Source: a virus
Lineage: Duplodnaviria > Heunggongvirae > Uroviricota > Caudoviricetes
IMG/VR virus record: IMGVR_UViG_2651869748_000011
Strand: one strand, 5' to 3'
Length of the DNA: 15,748 nucleotides
A model generated the notes under the pieces. The model was not told where the DNA came from. It searched no databases and saw only the letters and a list, made by a program, of their open reading frames with translations. Positions 9,437 through 15,748 of this stretch are shown in pieces. A program made the position numbers and the translations under genes. Position 1 is the first letter of the stretch, and the number at the start of each line of letters is the position of its first letter.

Positions 9437-10323
9437 TGCCGCTGCTGGATAAGCTGCGTGAGCAGTACGGGGTCGGACCGCTATGCAGCGAACTGCATAT
9501 TGCCCCGTCAACGTATTACCACTGTCAGCAACAGCGACATCATCCGGATAAACGCAGTGCCCGTGCGCAGCGCGATGACTGGCTGAAGAAAGAGATACAG
9601 CGCGTATACGATGAAAATCACAAGGTATACGGTGTGCGTAAAGTCTGGCGTCAGTTGTTACGGGAAGGAATCAGAGTGGCCAGATGCACTGTGGCACGTC
9701 TCATGGCGGTTATGGGACTTGCCGGTGTTCTCCGGGGTAAAAAGGTCCGCACTACCGTCAGCCGGAAAGCCGTTGCCGCATGCGACCGCGTAAACCGTCA
9801 GTTCGTGGCAGAACGTCCAGACCAGTTGTGGGTGGCTGATTTTACCTGGGTAAGCACATGGCAGGGCTTCGTTTATGTGGCGTTCATCATTGATGTGTTC
9901 GCCGGATACATCGTGGGATGGCAGGTCTCATCATCCATGGAAACAACATTCGTGCTGGATGCACTGGAGCAGGCGTTGTGGGCCCGTCGGCCGTCCGGCA
10001 CAATCCATCACAGTGATAAAGGTTCTCAGTATGTATCGCTGGCCTACACGCAGCGGCTTAAGGAAGCCGGATTACTGGCATCAACAGGGAGTACTGGCGA
10101 CTCGTATGACAACGCGATGGCGGAGAGCATCAATGGTCTTTACAAAGCGGAGGTAATACACCGTAAGAGCTGGAAAAACCGTGCAGAAGTGGAACTGGCC
10201 ACACTCACGTGGGTGGACTGGTATAACAATCGACGATTGCTGGAAAGGCTGGGCCATACTCCCCCGGCAGAAGCAGAAAAAGCTTATTATGCTTCCATCG
10301 GAAACGATGATCTGGCAGCCTGA
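9436..10323 (+). CDS. IS3-family transposase OrfB (DDE integrase-like catalytic domain)
   Basis: [15 protein letters not shown]...WVADFTWVSTWQGFVYVAFIIDVFAGYIVGW...HHSDKGSQYVS...DNAMAESINGLYKAEV; rve-type DDE domain. Confidence 0.9.
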   Translation: MPLLDKLREQYGVGPLCSELHIAPSTYYHCQQQRHHPDKRSARAQRDDWLKKEIQRVYDENHKVYGVRKVWRQLLREGIRVARCTVARLMAVMGLAGVLRGKKVRTTVSRKAVAACDRVNRQFVAERPDQLWVADFTWVSTWQGFVYVAFIIDVFAGYIVGWQVSSSMETTFVLDALEQALWARRPSGTIHHSDKGSQYVSLAYTQRLKEAGLLASTGSTGDSYDNAMAESINGLYKAEVIHRKSWKNRAEVELATLTWVDWYNNRRLLERLGHTPPAEAEKAYYASIGNDDLAA

Positions 10324-10365
10324 GTTCACAGATAAAACACTCTCCAGGAAACCCGGGGCGGTTCA

Positions 10366-10554
10366 CTGCGTGTGTGGGTTCGTCAGCATGAGCGGGATAC
10401 CGGGAGTGGTGATGGTGGACTCACCACCGCTGAACGTCAGCGTCTGAAAGAGCTGGAACGTGAAAATCGTGAACTGCGCCGCAGTAACGATATCCTTCGC
10501 CAGGCTTCCGCTTATTTTGCGAAGGCGGAGTTCGACCGCCTCTGGAAAAAATAA
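10366..10554 (+). pseudogene. 5'-truncated orfA remnant of the second IS element
   Basis: Encodes ...[60 protein letters not shown] with no native start codon or left inverted repeat. Confidence 0.8.
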
Positions 10555-11441
10555 TGCCGCTGCTGGATAAGCTGCGTGAGCAGTACGGGGTCGGACCGGT
10601 ATGCAGTGAACTGCATATTGCCCCGTCAACGTATTACCACTGTCAGCAACAGCGACATCATCCTGATAAACGCAGTGCCCGTGCTCAGCGCGATGACTGG
10701 CTGAAGAGAGAGATACAGCGCGTATACGATGAAAATCACAAGGTATACGGTGTGCGTAAAGTCTGGCGCCAGTTGTTACGCGAAGGTATCAGGGTGGCCA
10801 GATGTACAGTGGCGCGCCTCATGGCGGTTATGGGACTTGCCGGTGTTCTCCGGGGTAAAAAGGTCCGTACTACCGTCAGCCGGAAAGCCGTTTCCGCAGG
10901 CGACCGCGTAAACCGTCAGTTCGTGGCAGAACGTCCTGACCAGCTGTGGGTGGCTGATTTTACTTACGTCAGCACATGGCAGGGCTTCGTCTATGTGGCG
11001 TTCATCATTGATGTGTTTGCCGGATGTATCGTGGGGTGGCGAGTCTCATCGTCTATGGAAACGACATTCGTGCTGGATGCACTGGAGCAGGCGTTGTGGG
11101 CCCGTCGGCCGTCCGGCACAGTCCATCACAGTGATAAAGGTTCTCAGTATGTATCACTGGCCTATACGGAGCGACTAAAAGAAGCAAAACTGCTGGCATC
11201 AACAGGGAGTACAGGTGACTCGTATGACAACGCGATGGCGGAGAGCATCAATGGTCTTTACAAAGCGGAGGTAATACACCGTAAGAGCTGGAAAAACCGT
11301 GCAGAAGTGGAACTGGCCACACTCACGTGGGTGGACTGGTATAACAATCGACGATTGCTGGGAAGGCTGGGTCATATCCCTCCGGCAGAAGCAGAAAAAG
11401 CTTATTATGCTTCCATCAGAAACGATGATCTGGCAGCCTGA
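10554..11441 (+). CDS. IS3-family transposase OrfB of the truncated element (probably not expressible as OrfAB)
   Basis: 295-aa ORF about 95% identical in protein to copy-1 OrfB (e.g. FAGCIVGWRVSSS versus FAGYIVGWQVSSS). Confidence 0.8.
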   Translation: MPLLDKLREQYGVGPVCSELHIAPSTYYHCQQQRHHPDKRSARAQRDDWLKREIQRVYDENHKVYGVRKVWRQLLREGIRVARCTVARLMAVMGLAGVLRGKKVRTTVSRKAVSAGDRVNRQFVAERPDQLWVADFTYVSTWQGFVYVAFIIDVFAGCIVGWRVSSSMETTFVLDALEQALWARRPSGTVHHSDKGSQYVSLAYTERLKEAKLLASTGSTGDSYDNAMAESINGLYKAEVIHRKSWKNRAEVELATLTWVDWYNNRRLLGRLGHIPPAEAEKAYYASIRNDDLAA

Positions 11442-11713
11442 GTTCACAGATAAAACACTCTCCAGGAAAACCGGGGCGGTTCAAATAACATTGTGCGTAC
11501 TCCTCTTGAGAAGGTGAGAACTATCGGTATCGCAGACACAGTTATGCCTACGGGTCTCCCCGCATCGGTCATTCTCAAAAGGTTTAAAATAGGGTTAGGT
11601 TTGATCACTCTGAACGATCAATCGAAGACATTACGATTGGAACAAACGATCAATAGGTATGTGGTTATTTGCTAAGCTGCGACAACCTTTACAAAGACAC
11701 TCAGGAATGTTTC

Positions 11714-12022
11714 ATGCCCAAATTAGCTATTAGCTTATTACTTTACTTGGCCTGCTTTTATGCAGTTGGATATGGCGCTGGATATATAACAGGTGGAATA
11801 ACTTGGCACACACTGTATATGCTTGAACGTATAATTACCGTAGCCCTACTTGCATTCATTCCAGTGTTTATCTTTGCGGCTTTATTAAATGCATCCAAAA
11901 GACAAGGAATAATAAAATCACTTTCTGTCTCAGCGATTAATTTAATCCCTTCGGCTATCGCATTACTTATAGGATTTACTGACGCAGTGACCAGAAAGTT
12001 TCTTACTTATTTTCTCGGTTAA
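11714..12022 (+). CDS. Small hydrophobic membrane protein (102 aa, about 3 predicted TM helices), AT-rich gene
   Basis: MPKLAISLLLYLACFYAVGYGAGYITGG...ERIITVALLAFIPVFIFAALL...INLIPSAIALLIGF; SD AGGAA 9 nt upstream; its 3' end overlaps the convergent 63-aa gene by about 20 bp. Confidence 0.55.
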   Translation: MPKLAISLLLYLACFYAVGYGAGYITGGITWHTLYMLERIITVALLAFIPVFIFAALLNASKRQGIIKSLSVSAINLIPSAIALLIGFTDAVTRKFLTYFLG

Positions 12023-12194
12023 CTGACATATTGCGAATGACCAACTGTTCTATTAGCTCATTACGAGAATAAAATGGTCGGTCATTCGTAGCCGCTTTAT
12101 CCACGCCAAGCATCGACAATAGAATAGAAGTGGGAAGCCCCCGGTAACGCAGGGTCAAACGGCCTTCGGGAGTGCGTGGGTCAATCATAGCCAT
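12003..12194 (-). CDS. Hypothetical 63-aa protein, translationally linked to the upstream 161-aa gene
   Basis: ATG at 12194 sits 2 nt after the upstream TAA and is preceded by GGAG; MAMIDPRTPEGRLTLRYRGLPTSILLSMLGVDKAATNDRPFYSRNELIEQLVIRNMSVNRENK. Confidence 0.5.
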   Translation of the reverse strand: MAMIDPRTPEGRLTLRYRGLPTSILLSMLGVDKAATNDRPFYSRNELIEQLVIRNMSVNRENK

Positions 12195-12196
12195 TG

Positions 12197-12682
12197 TTAA
12201 AGTCTCCACTCACAGCGACCGACACGTAGCTCCTCAAACTCCTCTTTCGAGACGAGTTGTCCAGCCCTGTAGTGCGATACCGTGTGCTTCTTAATGAATG
12301 CCTTAGAGTCCGGCGTGATGTCGTCCGAAGATGCTACAGCGGCCTGTACGCTGGCACTGGAGGTCATAGACACAAAGGCATCCGCTACAGCTATTCCGTA
12401 CTCAAAGTCCAGCCACTCGCCAAACTTGACGGCGGACGTGGGGTCAGCAAGCCATGACGTACCGAGGCGACCCATATCAACTTTCTTTATGCGGCGGTTT
12501 TTCTGCCCCATAAGATAGCGCCCGACTTTGGTCTGAGCGAAACGCTTAACCATTGTCTTCTCGGTGTCTTCTACCTTACCAATCTGAATACCGACCCGGC
12601 GAATTTCATCCAATCGGAACAATCCGTCTTGACTGGTGAGGTCCTGACCGAAGATATGGATAGTGTATTCTTGTTGAGACAT
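12197..12682 (-). CDS. Hypothetical 161-aa protein, possibly KilA-N-like DNA-binding domain
   Basis: MSQQEYTIHIFGQDLTSQDGLFRLDEIRRVGI...GRLGTSWLADPTSAVKFGEWLD resembles the KilA-N conserved core (G-T-[WY]-x-H/A...W-L motif); strong SD AAAAGGAG upstream of the ATG at 12682. Assignment is from memory. Confidence 0.6.
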   Translation of the reverse strand: MSQQEYTIHIFGQDLTSQDGLFRLDEIRRVGIQIGKVEDTEKTMVKRFAQTKVGRYLMGQKNRRIKKVDMGRLGTSWLADPTSAVKFGEWLDFEYGIAVADAFVSMTSSASVQAAVASSDDITPDSKAFIKKHTVSHYRAGQLVSKEEFEELRVGRCEWRL

Positions 12683-12905
12683 ATCGTTGTACTCCTTTTA
12701 TCTGCATCCTGAAGCCGCATCCTGCCGCCTACTCAAAGCCCCCAACGATAGGGAGACGGCAGGCAACAAGACGCAGATAGAATGACTTTGAGATTTGATG
12801 ATTAGTGTCGGCGGTGGCACTTATTTAAAACGAAAGGACAACAGCATATTTCCGCATGACTTGACGCATCAAGGCCAGAGGCAGAAATAAGTATTTGCTC
12901 GGTGT

Positions 12906-12929
12906 CGTTCCTAAGGTGATAGTTTAGTC
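12906..12929 (-). promoter_or_regulatory. Second, weaker phage-RNAP promoter-like copy sharing the same -18 to -5 block
   Basis: Minus strand GACTAAACTATCACCTTAGGAACG; a 14-nt block (GACTAAACTATCAC) is identical to the upstream copy, but the initiation region is degenerate. Confidence 0.3.
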
Positions 12930-13447
12930 AAACAGTAATGAACTTCGGAGAACTTGACTCGAAAGTGTTCAGGACTTCCAGTGAGACCCGAAGTATGGAG
13001 ATCATATTATAGCGACCATAGTTTACTTCGGACTGACAGGACTGGAGGCTGGACTTAAAGTTCTTCTTATTGGAATTGTGATAACACAATCCATAACAAG
13101 ATAAACTCATGGTCTCCTCAAGCCTGCTGGTCAAGACTCAAAGCTCCAACCTCAGACACCACCACTGGTCTAACCTCTTTGAGTTTCCGCCTGTCCACAA
13201 ATGGATGGCAGACCTCAGCAATGATGTCTTGGTTCTTCAGTTATCCGCGCAGCGATTATCACAGAGCCAACTTAAAGTCGGATGTGGTCTTCTGCTCCCC
13301 GCCTGTCAAAAGGGAAGATAACCTACGTTAAAAGAGAATGGTCTCAGGCCAAGGTGATTTAACACTAGGCGTCTGCGGATGGTTTCCAATCGGTCCGCTA
13401 CCGGAAGCCTGAGACTATATGAATGTGTGGGTCGGTGACTTAGGGCC

Positions 13448-13470
13448 TCTCCCTATAGTGATAGTTTAGT
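13448..13470 (-). promoter_or_regulatory. T7-family single-subunit RNA polymerase promoter-like sequence (candidate), predicted start G at 13453
   Basis: Minus strand ACTAAACTATCACTATAGGGAGA; positions -8 to +6 (TCACTATAGGGAGA) are identical to the T7 consensus, while -17 to -9 differ (a different specificity region); located 18 bp downstream of the 219-aa gene stop. Confidence 0.45.
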
Positions 13471-13488
13471 CCCCCTTCCCCGTCAGCC

Positions 13489-14148
13489 CTACTCGTTAGC
13501 GGCCTGTTGCTGTTCCCTCGCTTTCCGGTCCCGGTCTTCAATGCCCTTAAGCGCCCGTTCCGGCATACTGTTAAACATGGCTTCGACTTCTTTCGGTCGA
13601 GTAATCTGCTCAGTGACAATAATGTTCAGCAGCTTAAAGAGACCATGCGCCAACTGAGGGTCGTCATCAATGTTAATTTCACCCGGATGTACCGCCTGAT
13701 TGCCAACAATACGACAGATGTCAGCAGCTCGCTGGACCAGTGGAGACAGCCCTTTAGCTACAAGGGACTTAATGTCCGTGTCGATATGCTTCCCCGGCTC
13801 ACCGAGATGGACCATCAGCTTTTGAAGACTTAAGCGCAGGAGTGCGGCAGCGCCCTTAGGTGACAGATTAATGATGCTTCTGGCTTCCATGTAGTCGGAC
13901 TTACAGTCTTCTGGCATGTCAGGATTAGGCAGCTCAACACTACCAGCCGCAGGAATCATCATATTGCCTTTATACCAATAAGCATTTTCATAGCAATGTT
14001 GACAATATGATAAGTGGAAATCAGTTTCCATATAAGTAGAATGAGGCGCAACTCCCACCATTGACCGCCAGCTTTGCTTGGAATAAACACCACAGTGCGG
14101 GCAATTAAAAGCTTTACCATCAAACACCGCCGGATAATACTCAGCCAT
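13489..14148 (-). CDS. 219-aa protein with N-terminal Zn-ribbon (CPHCG...CQHC) and a C-terminal region possibly DUF4145/HEPN-like; translationally coupled to the integrase
   Basis: [25 protein letters not shown]...[13 protein letters not shown]...; C-terminal motif [17 protein letters not shown]; its ATG (14148-14146) overlaps the integrase TGA (ATGGCTGA). Family call is tentative. Confidence 0.6.
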   Translation of the reverse strand: MAEYYPAVFDGKAFNCPHCGVYSKQSWRSMVGVAPHSTYMETDFHLSYCQHCYENAYWYKGNMMIPAAGSVELPNPDMPEDCKSDYMEARSIINLSPKGAAALLRLSLQKLMVHLGEPGKHIDTDIKSLVAKGLSPLVQRAADICRIVGNQAVHPGEINIDDDPQLAHGLFKLLNIIVTEQITRPKEVEAMFNSMPERALKGIEDRDRKAREQQQAANE

Positions 14149-15748
14149 TTACTCCAGTCTCCTTATAAACATCAGCCATCACATTAACCAATCTATCTAC
14201 CTCGACTTCTTTCGCATACCTGTCATAGGTAATCGACCCTGAGCTATGACCCATAATCGCCTGAGCATACGCTAACCCGACCCCATGTTGTTTTAACTGG
14301 GTCGCCACTGTATGTCTGAATGAGTGGAACGCTAAGCCGCTACGGTCAGCGAGGACTTTAGGTAGCAACGTTCTGTTAAACCATTTGCTCACCTGCTCAC
14401 CGTAGCCGTTCTTCATCAGCTTGAGGCCATCGAATACCATAGCATTATCACCCTTAGCCTTTCTACGGTCTTCCACGAGTGACATAAAGTCAGCCAATAA
14501 AAAACCATAAGCACCATCTACCAACGGGACACAGCGGTCACTATGGGCGTTCTTGATGCTCTTACCCGGTAGGCTGCTATCGTCTTCGTTGATATGGATA
14601 TACACGGTCCCGGCCTCAGTGGTCCTGACGTCTTTGACCTGAAGCTGAGCCACCTCATTAAGTCTTGCTCCAGTGATTGCCGCCAGAGCAGTGACGTAAT
14701 AGTGGTAGGGCTTACCTGAGGTCTTCTGAGAGTACGCTTTAGCGGCGACCAGTAGTTGCCCTACCTGCTCAGGACTGAACGCATCACGAGCGTCGGAGGC
14801 TTTACGCTGCGGGACTTTCAGCTCAAGACCTTCGGTCAGGTTCTTAGCTATCAAGTCGTTGCGTACCGCCCACTTAAACACAGCAGCCATCTTGATAAGA
14901 TATTTATTGTTGATGGTAACGACATCCAAACAGTCAGTCTTAGACTCCCGGTTCAGCAGGTCAGACAGCGGCATAGACTTAAAGCGTTGCTTGCGGTTCT
15001 TCGGTATCTGCTGGAGGACTTCACGGACCCTGAGCATATCTGAACGGGTCGCCTTGCTGACATCCTGAATATCCAGATAGTCGAATATCTCGATTAACGT
15101 AGAGTGAGACGCTCGGTTCTCGCTTAGGGTCGCTGGCTTCCAGTTCTGAGCGTTCTCCTGCTCGTACTGCTCAATGAGAGACGCGAGGGTCAGTGCTTTA
15201 GGCTCGGGGACTTCAGGCTCTGCCAATACAGATAGGGAGACGGACGGTCTTAGACTGCCAGTCTCAGGCTCAAGGTAAGACAACAGGCCAGAGGTATCGC
15301 CTTTGAGTCTATCCTGACACGCTTTAAGCACACCGATAACGTCATTGATATAGCGATGCTGGTCTACAGTCAGATGCTCAGTCGCTACAGCTTCCCGAAG
15401 GTTGGACTTGATGTCATCGTACTGGTCAACGTAGAGCTGGTAGGACTCAGGGTCGTTCAGGTCATCGCGGCTGACACTAAGTTCCCACTCGACAATGGTC
15501 TTCAGGTGTTCCCGTAGCTCCTCATAAGAGGCGTTAGGGTTGTCTGCGTGGATTGCTTTAAGTGCTGACTTGATGTGCCGTGAGTGAGCCATAGCGGTAC
15601 GTCTATCCTTGGTCCGTAAAGATACTGACGCTAGTTTATAACGGTTGTGAGAAGGAAGCGAAGCGGTCAGGCGACTAGTGGTCTTCATCCTAAGACGGAT
15701 GTAAAAGACACCGTTACGCTGATAAAGGTAGGTTCTTGAATTGAGCAT
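14141..15748 (-). CDS. Tyrosine site-specific recombinase / integrase (535 aa), unrelated to lambda Int
   Basis: C-terminal catalytic residues: R in [12 protein letters not shown]-x-x-R in [10 protein letters not shown] in [11 protein letters not shown]; N-terminus [20 protein letters not shown] typical of large-N-terminus integrases; its ATG is the last 3 bases of the window. Confidence 0.85.
   Translation of the reverse strand: MLNSRTYLYQRNGVFYIRLRMKTTSRLTASLPSHNRYKLASVSLRTKDRRTAMAHSRHIKSALKAIHADNPNASYEELREHLKTIVEWELSVSRDDLNDPESYQLYVDQYDDIKSNLREAVATEHLTVDQHRYINDVIGVLKACQDRLKGDTSGLLSYLEPETGSLRPSVSLSVLAEPEVPEPKALTLASLIEQYEQENAQNWKPATLSENRASHSTLIEIFDYLDIQDVSKATRSDMLRVREVLQQIPKNRKQRFKSMPLSDLLNRESKTDCLDVVTINNKYLIKMAAVFKWAVRNDLIAKNLTEGLELKVPQRKASDARDAFSPEQVGQLLVAAKAYSQKTSGKPYHYYVTALAAITGARLNEVAQLQVKDVRTTEAGTVYIHINEDDSSLPGKSIKNAHSDRCVPLVDGAYGFLLADFMSLVEDRRKAKGDNAMVFDGLKLMKNGYGEQVSKWFNRTLLPKVLADRSGLAFHSFRHTVATQLKQHGVGLAYAQAIMGHSSGSITYDRYAKEVEVDRLVNVMADVYKETGVNG

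Larger units (their letters stand above)
9056..10365 (+). mobile_element. Complete IS3-family insertion sequence, IS629/IS1203/IS3411 group (1310 bp)
   Basis: Imperfect terminal inverted repeats TGAACCGCCCCGGGAATCCTGGAGA (left, from 9056) and its near-complement ending ...GGTTCA at 10365; orfA and orfB in the -1 frame arrangement; no flanking target-site duplication seen. Confidence 0.9.
10366..11483 (+). mobile_element. Second IS3-family element of the same group, 5'-truncated (about 191 bp of the left end missing), immediately abutting the first
   Basis: Homology begins mid-orfA (at the position equivalent to 9247 in copy 1) directly after the copy-1 right inverted repeat; right inverted repeat ends ...GGTTCA at 11483; about 93% nucleotide identity to copy 1 by eye, so a related but distinct copy. 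Confidence 0.85.

Noticed and set aside
9611-11447. Small ORFs on both strands inside the IS elements (60-93 aa)
   Set aside because: Alternative-frame shadows of the transposase genes, duplicated only because the IS is duplicated.
12748-12760. 13-mer GATAGGGAGACGG repeated at 12748 and 15237 (inside the integrase gene), superficially like the T7 promoter start region
   Set aside because: Roughly two identical 13-mer pairs are expected by chance in a 15.7-kb window, and neither copy has the conserved upstream (-17 to -5) promoter block.
12928-13321. 68-aa (minus) and 70-aa (plus) ORFs within the ~800-bp leader
   Set aside because: Low-complexity translations and non-ATG or poorly spaced starts; the region looks more like structured non-coding RNA. 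An internal ATG at 13110 with a GGAG 3 nt upstream leaves a 60-aa peptide possible but unconvincing.

Overview
This window is the right arm and immunity region of a lambdoid prophage, read in reverse orientation (rightward lambda genes lie on the minus strand). It runs Q, ninI, ninH, ninG, ninF, ninE, a DNA adenine methyltransferase, ninB, tR2, ren, P, O (with ori), oop, cII, nutR, then a phage-434-type immunity core (cro, OR1-3, cI), then lambda-type nutL, N, sieB and ral. The prophage looks defective: Q closes after 81 codons, ral carries an in-frame premature stop, and the arm beyond ral is cut off by two IS3-family (IS629-group) elements, one complete (1310 bp) and one 5'-truncated. Past the IS elements lies an unrelated accessory module on the minus strand: a 535-aa tyrosine recombinase translationally coupled to a 219-aa Zn-ribbon protein, a ~800-bp non-coding leader, a 161-aa KilA-N-like protein and a 63-aa protein, converging on an AT-rich gene for a small membrane protein. 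The leader carries two sequences resembling T7-family single-subunit RNA polymerase promoters; this module is my best candidate for an undescribed, possibly phage-sensing system. No tRNA, rRNA or CRISPR array was found. All identifications rest on reading the sequence and recalled protein and site sequences; no database search was run.
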